NCBI GenBank assembly: GCA_963755715.1
Contig: CAVWLW010000014.1
Span: 1-64,000, forward strand
Reading direction: 5' to 3'
Length of the DNA: 64,000 bases
Source: an uncultured delta proteobacterium
GTDB taxonomy: Bacteria > Desulfobacterota > Binatia > UBA9968
Each line of letters starts with the position of its first letter. Within the stretch, counting starts at the first letter, position 1. The notes under the pieces are model-generated. The model made no database searches. It was not told the DNA's origin and saw nothing but the letters and a program-made list of their open reading frames with translations. A program made the position numbers and the translations under genes. Shown here one piece after another: positions 31,769-41,909 of this stretch.

Positions 31769-31796
31769 TGATACGAACCGGGAGGGCAAAGTCTTC
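31769..31796 (-). promoter_or_regulatory. Putative autoregulatory ECF promoter
   Basis: Minus strand GAAGACTT-N9-GGTTCGTATCA. Confidence 0.7.
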
Positions 31797-31808
31797 GCCG
31801 GGTTGCGA

Positions 31809-32435
31809 TTATTTATAATTGGACGCGGTAATCGGAGTGAGCCGCGTGCCGAGCAATCCACGAAAATTGGCCCGATCCGAATCGGATGAGGCATCCAATG
31901 AGCACCATGGATACTCACCGGCGTAAAGGCGCACCGTCGGCTCAAAGCCATGAAGGCTCGGCAGCAAATCTCTCAAGGTATCGTACCAGGCGCGGCGCTC
32001 GTCGCGGTCGAAGGGTTGGTCATCTACAGCATTGATTTCACGGCATAACTCGCGCCAACGAGCGAGCGGAAACCCGAGCTTAAATGCCTCAGGATAAAGC
32101 GACAGCGTGATCAGCCGGGCGTGCGAGAAGTGTTGGCTCTCGTCGAATTCTAAGATAAAAGGCGGATCTGAAATATAAAAATCGCAGGGCGGCATCTCGG
32201 CGCTTTTGATAAAGTCGCGATGACCGCGTAAGGCGCCGACGCCGGCGCAGATCCGCTGTAAGAGATCGCCGATCGGCGTATTGACATAGTCCTCCGGTCG
32301 GGACGACCAGGAGAATGACTGGTTCATCTGGCAATCGCCGTAGATGGCCGTCAGCAATTCGTGTACGCGCTCTTTGCAGGCGCGGCAGTGACCGGAGTGT
32401 GCTAAGTTCACCAGCAATCCGTTTTCATCGAGCAT
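31809..32435 (-). CDS. Hypothetical protein, possible PD-(D/E)XK/Vsr-like nuclease fold
   Basis: PCDFY...ILEFDESQHF; RAWYDTLRD; N-terminal HCxxC. Confidence 0.55.
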   Translation of the reverse strand: MLDENGLLVNLAHSGHCRACKERVHELLTAIYGDCQMNQSFSWSSRPEDYVNTPIGDLLQRICAGVGALRGHRDFIKSAEMPPCDFYISDPPFILEFDESQHFSHARLITLSLYPEAFKLGFPLARWRELCREINAVDDQPFDRDERRAWYDTLRDLLPSLHGFEPTVRLYAGEYPWCSLDASSDSDRANFRGLLGTRLTPITASNYK

Positions 32436-32464
32436 AACACAATTCGAGCAGAGGAGAATTCGAC

Positions 32465-34718
32465 ATGGCAAAACCAGCATCGATCATCGGCGCGGCGGTG
32501 GGTCGGGTCGAAGGCGCCGACAAAGTCAGCGGCCAGGCAACGTATGGCGCCGACGTGCATTTCCCCGACACTTTGTGGGGCAAGATTCTCAGAAGTCCGT
32601 ATCCGCATGCGCGCATCGTCAGGATCGACACGACCAAAGCGTGGCAAGTGCCGGGCGTGAAAGCGATCGTCACCGGCAAGGACGAGCCGGAGCATTATCA
32701 GGGCAAAAGCATTCGTGACATTCCGGTTCTTTGCTGGGACAAAGTGCGTTACATCGGCGACAAGGTTGCGGCGGTGGCGGCCGAGAGCAGAGACGCGGCG
32801 GAAGAGGCGATCAATCTCATTGACGTAGAATACGAAGAACTGCCGGCGGTCTTCGACGTGATTGAAGCGATGAAGCCCGGCGCGCCGGTGTTGCATGACA
32901 ACGCCCCGGGCTACGACGGCGCGCCGAAAGAAATCATGGCGGCAGCAGGCGGCCAATGTGGTGAACAAACTGACTTTCGGCAAAGGCGATATCGAAAAAG
33001 GGTTTGCTGAAGCCGACCTAGTATTGGAACACACTTTCCGCATGCCGATCCATCATCAAGGCTACCTCGAGCCGCAGTCGTTTCTCGTCAAGATCGAGGA
33101 CGACGGCAAGGTCAATGCCTGGGCCTCGACCAAAGGTCCTTTCGGCACCCGCGGCCAATTCGCCAAAGCGGCCGGCATTCCGGCGAGCCAGATTCGCGTT
33201 CAAGCGGTCCACGTCGGCGCCGACTTCGGCGGCAAGAGCGGCGCGGGCGAGTTGCCGATCTGCTACTTTCTCGCCAAGCAGGCGAAGCGGCCGGTGAAGA
33301 TTGTTTTGACTCACACCGAAGAATTGACCGCGATGAATCCGGATCACTACACTGTGGTTAAAGTAAAGACCGGCGTGAAGCGCGACGGGCGAATGACCGC
33401 GCGCTATTTGCAAGCGATCCACGGCACCGGCGCCTACGCCGGCATGAAGCCAGGCCGCGCCAGCATCGGTGGCGCCGGTTCGGCGACGCCGTACAAAATC
33501 GACAACAGCTATATGGAAGCGCTGCAGGTGTATACCAACACGGTGCCCTGTGGTTTCTGGCGCGCGCCGGGCGCGATCCAGGCCGTGTTCGCTTCTGAAT
33601 CGCACATGGATCTCATCGCCAAGGAATTGAAAATGGATCCGGCGAAATTTCGCATGATGAATCTCATCGGCGAGGGCGAAGTCAATGCGCTGGGAAAAAC
33701 TTGGAGCGGCGTGAAGGCGAAAGAAACACTAAAGGCTGCGCTCGATGCGGCGGGCTGGAAATCGCCCAAGCGACCCAACGTCGGCCGCGGCGTGGCGATG
33801 TATGAACGCGGCACGGGCGCCGGTAAGGTATGGGTGAATCTGACCGCCGAAGCCGATGGCACGCTTACCGTATTCACCGTCGCCGGCGATCAAGGGACGG
33901 GATTGCAGACCGTCTTGTGCCAAACCGTCGCCGCCGAAATGCAAGTGCCTTACGAGCAGGTGCGCTGCCGCATCGGCAACACCGCGGATGTTTCTTATAG
34001 CGTCGACGTCGGTTTCGGCGGCAGCCGCTCGACCAACATCAACAGCGCGGCGGCATTTCAAGCGAGCGCCGAGCTGCGCAAAAAGCTCAACGCGCAGGCA
34101 GCTAAACTGCTCGGCTGCGCCGAAGATCAAGTCACTTACAAGTCCGGCAAGTTTTCTGCCACGGGCGGCAAGGCAAAACCGCTTACGTTGATCGACGTCG
34201 TCAAGGCGAACGAAGGACCGGTGACGGTCAGCGTCGAAACCGAAGTGCCGCGCAAAGGATCGTCGACTTCATTCATCGCCCAGGTAGCCGAGGTCGAAGT
34301 CGATCGGGAGACGGGGAGAGTGAAATTAAATAAATTCGTCACCGCCCACGACGTCGGCACGATCATCAATCCGCTCGGTCATCAGGGACAGATTGACGGC
34401 GAGGCGATCATGGCGATCGGTTCGAGCTTGATGGAAGAGCTGATCGACGATCAGGGCAAAATAACCACGACCAATCTCGGTGAATACAAAATCCCCAACA
34501 TCCTCGATATTCCCAAGCTCAAAACCGTGCTGGTGCAAGGCAAGAATGGCCCCGGCCCTTACGAGGCCAAGGGCATCGGCGAGCACGCCAACGTGACGCC
34601 GCCCGCGGCCATCGCCAACGCAGTGCACGATGCTTGCGGCGTGCGCCTGTTTGACGTGCCGGTTACGGCGGAAAAGGTTTACAAAGCCCTGCAGGCGAAT
34701 AGACAGGCGATAGGATGA
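32465..34718 (+). CDS. Xanthine dehydrogenase family molybdopterin-binding subunit (frameshift ~32945)
   Basis: ILRSPYPHARI, GADFGGK, WRAPG, AHDVG..INP, AKGIGE. Confidence 0.92.
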
Positions 34719-34720
34719 CA

Positions 34721-34748
34721 GTAGGGGCGCAGCATGCTGCGCACCTAC
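34721..34748. repeat. GTAG-type REP palindrome
   Basis: GTAGGGGCGCAGCATGCTGCGCACCTAC; degenerate copy near 52474-52499. Confidence 0.7.
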
Positions 34749-34772
34749 GGAACATCGGCAAAAGGAGGTCTT

Positions 34773-35785
34773 ATGAACCATAGACAGTAAATGTTGTCGA
34801 AGATTTCTTTGGTCCTTTCTCTTTCTATGTGTCGTCTGGCCGGTGCACGCGCAAGCGCAGGACAAAATCAAAGTCGCCTACAGCTCCACGGACACGCTCA
34901 ATCAGATCTGGACCATCGCGCAGGATGCCGGGTTTTTCAAAAAGAACGGGCTGGACGTGGAGTTGGTTTATATCGGCAGCACGACCGTCGCCGCCACGGC
35001 GATTGTGGCGCAGGATATTCAGGTGGGCAATGTGGCCGGGAGCGGCGTCGCCAACGCGGCGATCCGCGGCGCCGACATGGTGAGTGTCGGTTGCACGATC
35101 AACGTGCTGGCCTATGAACTGGTGGTGCTCGACAGCATCAAGTCCGCCGGAGGACTTGAAGGGAAAGTCGATCGGCATCAGCCGCTTTGGCAGTGTCTCG
35201 GACGTTGCTGCGCGGGAGTTACTCAAAGGATTGGGATTGCGACCGCAGGAAGACGTGAAGATCCTCCAAGTTGGCGGAGCGTCGGAGCGAGCGGCCGGCT
35301 TCAGCCGCGGCGTGATCGCCGGCTTTCCGTCGCCGCCGGGAAATGTGAATCTGATTCCCGGCGGACTGCCGCACCGCATCCTCGCAGATATGGCCGATCT
35401 CAAAAAGCCTTATCCCCTGCCGTTTATCTGCGCGGTGACGACCAAAAGCTATCTCGCCAAGAATCGCTCGGTTGTCAGACGAGTCATGATGGCGCTGATC
35501 GAAGCATCGCATTATTTCAAGACCAATAAAGAAGGCGCGCAGAAAATCATTGCCAAATATCTGCGCGGCGCGAACAAGGCGTATCTCGATAGCTCCTACG
35601 ATTCGACCGTCAAAATTATCGAGCGCGTTCCTTACACGACTCGCGAAGGAATGAAAATCCAGCTCGACGACGCGTTGAAACAAGCCCCCGGAAGTAAAGT
35701 TACCGTAGATAGCCTGATCGACGACAGCATCGTGCGCGAGCTGGAAAAAGAGGGATTCATTGATCGGGTTTATGGAAGGCAATAG
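34773..35785 (+). CDS. ABC substrate-binding protein, NMT1/SsuA-like (frameshifted)
   Basis: GFFKKNGLDVEL, DLKGKSIGISRFGS, DDSIVRELEKEGFI. Confidence 0.85.
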
Positions 35786-35807
35786 GCACTAGGCATTAGG
35801 CAATAGT
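35777..35807 (+). repeat. Heptamer array, left arm
   Basis: AGGCAAT AGGCACT AGGCATT AGGCAAT AGT. Confidence 0.85.
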
Positions 35808-35840
35808 AAGATAAGAAAGGATCGTAACGTCGCGGCTAAG

Positions 35841-36191
35841 ATGGTGAACAGCCAAAAGATCTGTTTGTTTGGCAACGGTCCATGGATTTGGTTGAATCGA
35901 TATATCGACTAACGGCAAGATTGCCTGCGAGCGAACAGTTTGGTTTGATTGCTCAAATGCGGCGTTCTGCGGTTTCGGTACCCTCGAATATCGCTGAAGG
36001 ATACGGCCGCCAGGCGACAGGCGAATACCGGCATCATCTCTCGATCTGTCGTGGCTCGTTGTTAGAATTAGAAACACAGTTGCTCTTGTGTCGAAGGCTA
36101 AAATACATCGCAACAAGAGAGTGATCCTGTCCTGAATGAAATAGCAGAAATCAGCAAGATGCTTGGCTCATTGATTTCGAAACTTTCTTGA
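35841..36191 (+). CDS. Four helix bundle protein (23S rRNA IVP / bAvd-like; two frameshifts)
   Basis: KDL.VWQRSMDLV..IY.LT..LP..EQFGL..QMRRSAVSVPSNIAEG.GR...GSL.ELETQL...EISKML.SLISKL*. Confidence 0.9.
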
Positions 36192-36221
36192 CTATTGCCT
36201 GTTGCCTAATGCCTATTGCCT
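36191..36221 (-). repeat. Heptamer array, right arm (inverted)
   Basis: ACT ATTGCCT GTTGCCT AATGCCT ATTGCCT. Confidence 0.85.
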
Positions 36222-36237
36222 GACCAGGAGGTTCCAA

Positions 36238-36945
36238 ATGATTGACCTTTACTATTGGACGACGCCGAATGGACACAAAATCACGATTTTTCTCGAAGAG
36301 GCTGGAGTGCCTTACTCGATCAAGCCGATCAACATCGGCAAGGGCGAACAGTTCCAGCCGGAGTTTTTGAAAATCTCGCCGAACAACCGGATTCCGGCTA
36401 TCGTCGACACCGAGCCGGCGGACGAGGGCGAGCCTTTGAGCGTTTTCGAGTCCGGTGCGATCCTCGAGTATCTCGCGGTGAAAGCCGGCGCTTATTTGCC
36501 GAGCGACGTGCGCGGGCGTACGGAAGTCATGCAATGGCTTTTCTGGCAAATGGGCGGGCTCGGGCCGATGCTCGGACAGAATCATCACTTCCGAGGCTAC
36601 AGCAACGAGAAAATTACCTACGCGATCGAACGCTACACGAAGGAAACCGAACGGCTCTACGGCGTCCTCGATGATCGGCTCGCCGACCGTAAATTCGTCG
36701 CCGGCGATTATTCGATCGCCGACATGGCGTGCTATCCGTGGATCGTGCTGCATGAGAAGCAAGGCCAGGATTTAAATGACTTCCCCAATCTCAAGCGCTG
36801 GTTCGAGGCAATTCAAAAACGCCCCGCAGTCGAACGCGCCTACGCTTTGGCGCGGCAGATCAACCCGGACACTGGCGGTATGACTGAGGAGGCAAAGAAG
36901 ATTCTCTTCGGTCAGGGACGGCGGCAGAGGAGTCAAGAGAAGTAA
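36238..36945 (+). CDS. Glutathione S-transferase (YfcG/Nu class)
   Basis: MIDLYYWTTPNG, ISPNNRIPAI, FESGAIL, WQMGGLGPM. Confidence 0.93.
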   Translation: MIDLYYWTTPNGHKITIFLEEAGVPYSIKPINIGKGEQFQPEFLKISPNNRIPAIVDTEPADEGEPLSVFESGAILEYLAVKAGAYLPSDVRGRTEVMQWLFWQMGGLGPMLGQNHHFRGYSNEKITYAIERYTKETERLYGVLDDRLADRKFVAGDYSIADMACYPWIVLHEKQGQDLNDFPNLKRWFEAIQKRPAVERAYALARQINPDTGGMTEEAKKILFGQGRRQRSQEK

Positions 36946-36946
36946 C

Positions 36947-37023
36947 GAGTGCTGAGGACTGAGTCTGAGTAAAGAAGAGCCAGAACAGTTCAAGATGTGC
37001 AAATCGTTCAGACAGTCCGAAGC
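36947..37023 (+). repeat. Short tandem arrays (7-mer, then 9-mer)
   Basis: GTGCTGA GGACTGA GTCTGA; then GTTCAAGAT GTGCAAATC GTTCAGACA GTCCGAAGC. Confidence 0.55.
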
Positions 37024-37033
37024 GGTTGCACGC

Positions 37034-38038
37034 ATGAAGCGTCGATGGTTGGCGGCGATTTTTTCTTAGTTGGTTTATTTAACGGCGGCCGCTGCGCATG
37101 CCGCTGAGCGCCGACTGAAGTTCTTGCTCGCCTATGGCGCGATCGGCGGCAACGCGATGCCGCTGTGGATTGCCAAAGAGCAAGGGATCTTCCGCAAATA
37201 CAATCTCGATCCGCAGTTGATCTACATCATCGCCGGGCGGGCGATGCAGTCGATGATCGCCGGCGATATTCAGTTCGGCTTGCTCGGCGCCACCCATGTC
37301 ACCAACGCGGTCACCGCGGGCGGCGATATGACGATGCTGCTCGGCATGGAAGACAAACTGAACTATTTTTTGAATGTGCGTCCGGGGATCAAGAGCGCTG
37401 AAGATTTGAAAGGCAAGAAAGTCGGCATCGGCACACCGTCCGGCTCGCTGGCGATGGCCACCTACGTGGGCCTGGACCAGCTGGGTCTGGTGCCGCGGCG
37501 CGACCGCATCACGCTCTTGAATACCGGCAGCACGCCGGAGCGCATGAGCTCGCTATTCGCCGGCGGTATCGACGCGGCATTTTTCAATCCGGAGGTGGAG
37601 CAGGTGGTGCTGCAGCAGGGTTTTCCAATGTTGTTCGATCTTGGCAAGGCCAATGTGCCGTACCAGGCATCGGGTTTGGTGACGTCGCGTAAATATATGC
37701 GCAGCAATCCGCTGATCGTGGAAAATCTCGCCAAGGCGGTGATCGAGGGCGCCGCCTTCGTGCAAAATCCGGCGAATAAAAAGACTGTGGTCGACAGCAT
37801 CGCGCGCAATTTGCGGCTCGACCGGCCTGACCGCTTGGAGAGCGCCTATCGCGCTATCGCCGATACCGTTCCACGCAAACCCTGCCCGAATTTGGCGGGC
37901 ATCGCTTCGGTGTTGAAATTGATGACGCAACACGGCATCAATCCCAAAGCCGCGGAGCTCAAGCCGGAAGACATCGCCGATATGAGTCTGTGCAAGAAAT
38001 TGGATGACACAGGATTTTTCGACCGTGTCCACCAATAG
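37034..38038 (+). CDS. ABC substrate-binding protein, NMT1/SsuA-like
   Basis: PLWIAKEQGIFRKY, DLKGKKVGI; an in-frame TAG at ~37067 interrupts the signal region. Confidence 0.85.
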
Positions 38039-38045
38039 CCGGCGA

Positions 38046-39074
38046 GTGAAACGGACAAATCATTGGCCACTCATCTGCGCCATGGCGGGTTTGCTCCTCG
38101 TTGCCCACGGCGTCGCGCTCGATGAATTTGCCGGCGCGCAAGAACGGAAAAAGATCGTCGTAGCTTACGTCGCCGCTAGCGAGCAGATGATCATCCCGGC
38201 ACTCGCTCAGCAAACCGGGATTTTCCATAAGCATGGTCTTGATGCCCAAGTGGTGCTCGTGAGCGGTAGCCCGCGCAATGTTCAGTCGCTGATTGCCGGC
38301 AATTTCGATTTTACGATGGCGGGAGTGACGCCGCTGGTGCGGTCGCCGGATGAACGGTGCAGATCCGGCGATCCTGGCGGCGATCGCGAACTACTCGACG
38401 CAGCAAATCATCGTCGCGCCGCAGGCGAGAATACGCAAAGCTCGACGACCTTGCGAGGAAAGATCGTCGGCGTGACCCAGTACGGTTCCGAGGGAGACAC
38501 CTTCCTGCGCATCGCGCTCAAAAGCGCCGGCCTGCGGCCCGATCTGGACGTGACGATATTTCAGACCGGTGGCGGCGCGAACACGGTGCAGGCGCTGGCG
38601 GCGGGAAAGATCCACGCGGGGGCGACTGGCGGCAGCAACGCCCTCCAGGCCAAGCGGATGGGCGCAGTGGAGATCGCGTCGGGTGAAGATATGAAGGTCT
38701 TAGCGCCCGCCGGAACGCTGGCGACGACGCGGCGTAAGATCGCCCGTGACCGCCAGGAAGTGATGAGCTTCATGCGCGCGTTCGTCGAAGGCATTCATTT
38801 TTTCAAAACCAATCGCGAAGCGTCGATTCGCGTCATGCAAAAATTCATGGCGGGATTGCCCATCGAAATCGTCAGTCCGCTCTACAACGAAACCAGAAAC
38901 AGGTTGCCGGCGTTGCCCATGCCGATGAAGGAAGCGATCCAGTCCGTCCTGGACCGCGAAAACGATCCAAAGGCCAGAGCGCTGCAACCCGCCGATATCG
39001 CCGATTTCAGTTTCTTGCAGGAGATCGAGAAGAGCGGCTTTTTGAAGGAACTTTACAAATCCACCGTCAAGTAA
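38046..39074 (+). CDS. ABC substrate-binding protein, NMT1/SsuA-like
   Basis: GIFHKHGLD, LRGKIVGVTQYGS, DFSFLQEIEKSGF; locally frameshifted segment ~38345-38445. Confidence 0.85.
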   Translation: MKRTNHWPLICAMAGLLLVAHGVALDEFAGAQERKKIVVAYVAASEQMIIPALAQQTGIFHKHGLDAQVVLVSGSPRNVQSLIAGNFDFTMAGVTPLVRSPDERCRSGDPGGDRELLDAANHRRAAGENTQSSTTLRGKIVGVTQYGSEGDTFLRIALKSAGLRPDLDVTIFQTGGGANTVQALAAGKIHAGATGGSNALQAKRMGAVEIASGEDMKVLAPAGTLATTRRKIARDRQEVMSFMRAFVEGIHFFKTNREASIRVMQKFMAGLPIEIVSPLYNETRNRLPALPMPMKEAIQSVLDRENDPKARALQPADIADFSFLQEIEKSGFLKELYKSTVK

Positions 39075-39403
39075 AAAGAGGATTCGAGGAGGAACGCTCG
39101 ATGCGGCGATCGTAATTCTCCCATTGCAGCTGAAGCCACATTTTCTGCCAAATTCGCCGTTAGCAGTTAATTTACGTACGGCATTTACCTACAGGTGTCC
39201 GGTTTTTCCCTCTCGATTTTATCCAGCCTACAAATAGTTAGTCAAACTTTTCCAGAACTTTCGGCGCGCTAAATTGTGGAGGTTCTCGGTATGAGAGTTG
39301 CACAGCCTTCATCGCGCGGTCGCAACGATTGATTGGCAATAATAAAACGCGGGGTTGGCGATCGACTTCGAGAGCGAATGCCGTGGACGGGAGAAGGCAG
39401 CTT

Positions 39404-39850
39404 ATGTTGACGGAAAATTTTCTGACGGCTCGAGATGGGGCGGATGACCGTTTTTCTCAGCAAGAAGAGACCAAACGCTTATTCGACCAACCCGATGTGT
39501 TGTGCGTGAATGAGTATTTGTACGTTTATCAATGCCGACCTGCGGAGACGCCGGAACGAAGGCTTTTAGCGGCGATATTGCGCGACGCCATCGATTGCTA
39601 CACACGCGATTGCTTCGCCAAGAATCGCTACAAAAAGAGAAGCTATCGGGAAGCCGAGGAGTGGTTTTTCAAAACCGACGACCTGGGCATTTTCAGTCTG
39701 GAGAGCGTGTGCGGGATTCTAAACATCGACCCGGGCTACATCCGGCGTAGCTTGATCCGTTATAAACAAAACCACGCCCCCGAGGCTGAGGCGACACCAA
39801 TGCCTATCCGACGGGATATGTCCGCGATCGAATTACCTCTAGCTTCCTAA
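39404..39850 (+). CDS. Uncharacterised helical protein, paralog C
   Basis: PERRLLAAILRDAIDC...REAEEWFF...FSLESVCGILNIDPGYIRRSL. Confidence 0.75.
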   Translation: MLTENFLTARDGADDRFSQQEETKRLFDQPDVLCVNEYLYVYQCRPAETPERRLLAAILRDAIDCYTRDCFAKNRYKKRSYREAEEWFFKTDDLGIFSLESVCGILNIDPGYIRRSLIRYKQNHAPEAEATPMPIRRDMSAIELPLAS

Positions 39851-39874
39851 ACGACCCCGGCACTCAATCCCACA

Positions 39875-39902
39875 GGCGAGTCTGGCACAAGCCAGATTCG
39901 CC
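39875..39902 (+). terminator. Hairpin after paralog C
   Basis: GGCGAGTCTGGC-ACAA-GCCAGATTCGCC; no clear U tail. Confidence 0.45.
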
Positions 39903-39945
39903 GCATGAATTTCTGTTCCCCTATTTACCGGCGGATCGAGTCACT

Positions 39946-41277
39946 ATGCAGGAGCTTTCTCGCGTAGTCATTGTCGGCGGGGGCTTCGGCGGTCTTTCCG
40001 CCGCTCAGTCTCTAAAGCACGCGCCCGTTCGCGTCACTTTAGTTGACAGGCGCAACTTTCACTTGTTTCAACCATTGCTCTATCAGGTGGCAACCGGATG
40101 GCTCTCACCCGCGAACATCGCCTCAACGCTGCGCACGGCCCTCAGGCACCAAGAAAACGCGCGAGTTATACTCGGGGAGGTCGTCGACGTCGACATCGAG
40201 CGGCAGCAGGTCGTGCTGTGCGATGGTCGGATCGATTACGACACACTCGTGCTCGCAACCGGTTCGAGCCATCACTATTTCGGCAACGAGAGCTGGCGGA
40301 CGCTCGCTCCTGGTCTGAAGACCGTCGAAGACGCCACGGAAATCCGCCGCCGCATCTTTCTCGCCTTCGAAACCGCCGAACGAGAGTCCGATCCTGCCAA
40401 GCTCGATGCCCTGCTGACCTTCGCGATCGTCGGCGGTGGACCGACCGGCGTAGAGCTCGCCGGCGCCTTGGGCGAGATCGCGCACGACACTCTTACCCAT
40501 GATTTTCGCAACATCGATCCGACCAAAACTAGAATTCACTTGTTCGAAGGGGGCGAGCGCATTCTGCCGACTTATGCTGCGGAGCTTTCGGTAAAGGCAG
40601 CGGCTGGTCTCAATCGGCTTGGGGTCAGCGTGCATGAAAAAGCTATCGTCAGCGAAATCACGCCCGAAGCGGTGACGATTAAGCGGGGCGAAACCGTCGA
40701 GCGCATCGCGTGCCGCACGGTGATTTGGGCGGCGGGAGTTCAGGCATCGCCGCTCGGTCAAAGGCTGGCCGCCCGCATTGGAGCAAAAATCGATCGCGCC
40801 GGCCGGTTGATGGTCGAACGGGATCTAACGATTGCCGGCCATCCCGAGCTATTTGTCATCGGGGATCTGGCCAATTGCTCGCAACAAACCGGCAAGCCTC
40901 TGGCCGGCGTCGCTCCGGTCGCGATACAGGAAGGCCGCTATATCGCTCGGGTCATCATCGCCAGGATCAAAAAAAAACCGGTCGCGCCTTTTCACTATCG
41001 GGATCGCGGCTCGATGGCGATCATCGGGCGCGCCTCGGCGGTGGCTGAGATTGGACGACTGCATTTTTCGGGGTATCTCGCCTGGCTCGCCTGGCTGTTC
41101 GTCCACATCGTCGAGTTGGTCGAGTTCGAAAATAAAATTCTCGTGCTGGTTCAATGGGGTTGGTATTATTTCAGCCGCAACCGCGCGGCTCGGCTGATCA
41201 CCCGCACGGCCGTGCCTGCCGACGCCGAACTCGAGCGCGATAAAATGACGGGCTCCGGCGCAAACGTGAGGTGTTAA
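39946..41277 (+). CDS. ndh: Type II NADH dehydrogenase
   Basis: GGGFGG, FQPLLYQVATG, GGGPTGVELAG, APVAIQEG, YRDRGSMA. Confidence 0.9.
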   Translation: MQELSRVVIVGGGFGGLSAAQSLKHAPVRVTLVDRRNFHLFQPLLYQVATGWLSPANIASTLRTALRHQENARVILGEVVDVDIERQQVVLCDGRIDYDTLVLATGSSHHYFGNESWRTLAPGLKTVEDATEIRRRIFLAFETAERESDPAKLDALLTFAIVGGGPTGVELAGALGEIAHDTLTHDFRNIDPTKTRIHLFEGGERILPTYAAELSVKAAAGLNRLGVSVHEKAIVSEITPEAVTIKRGETVERIACRTVIWAAGVQASPLGQRLAARIGAKIDRAGRLMVERDLTIAGHPELFVIGDLANCSQQTGKPLAGVAPVAIQEGRYIARVIIARIKKKPVAPFHYRDRGSMAIIGRASAVAEIGRLHFSGYLAWLAWLFVHIVELVEFENKILVLVQWGWYYFSRNRAARLITRTAVPADAELERDKMTGSGANVRC

Positions 41278-41452
41278 TTTTTGTGTTCTCAAACCGCGAG
41301 GTCAATTGTTTAGGGTTCTTCTTTGCCGACGGAGTAGGCTTGGCAAGTTAACAAGCCCGAATGGGCCTGTTTGAAGAAGGATGCATTATTTTCTAACCAG
41401 CTAGAATTGTGCGAATCGCGATTTGGCTCACGTTTTGCGCTACAATATCTGC

Positions 41453-41806
41453 ATGGGACAGGCAACGCCGAACACTGATGCCGGTGTAAAAGCCGAAGAA
41501 CAGGTCGAGAAGCTGGTCGCGGAAATCAGTCGGGTGATTCGCGCAGCTGAGCCGGAGAAACGGGCCGGGCTAAAGGAACTGGCCGAGACACTCTTGCATG
41601 AAGAAGTCTCGACGCTCACTGAAGAGCCACGACAGGTCGAAGACGCGCCTAGTCGTTCGAGTGCAAATCCCCTCGCGGCCGGGATACTTTTAGGAATTTT
41701 GGGTTTAGGGCTGCTCCTCATCATTCCGCTCGTGGGTGCGACGCTCACGGTCATCGGCCTGATATTGGTCATCTGGGGCGGCATCATTAGTTGGTCTAAG
41801 AAATAG
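41453..41806 (+). CDS. Hypothetical membrane protein
   Basis: Two C-terminal TM helices. Confidence 0.6.
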   Translation: MGQATPNTDAGVKAEEQVEKLVAEISRVIRAAEPEKRAGLKELAETLLHEEVSTLTEEPRQVEDAPSRSSANPLAAGILLGILGLGLLLIIPLVGATLTVIGLILVIWGGIISWSKK

Positions 41807-41909
41807 CATTCGCACTTCTTGAGACGAGCGACCTAGCGCCTGGCAGCTTTTTTCACCGATCCGCAAAGCGGATGCTACGAGCGCGCTTTGGCCACCGAAG
41901 CAATTTCGT

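Noticed and set aside
35841-36191. Diversity-generating retroelement suggested by the Avd-like gene
   Set aside because: No reverse transcriptase and no TR/VR pair with adenine-specific mismatches were seen in the window.
37064-37072. In-frame TAG in the SBP signal peptide as possible recoding
   Set aside because: It lies next to a T homopolymer in a non-conserved region, so a sequencing error is more likely.
41423-41440. Sigma54 promoter TGGCTCACGTTTTGC
   Set aside because: It fits GG-N10-GC but leaves almost no leader before ATG 41453, and an adjacent TACAAT offers a sigma70 explanation.
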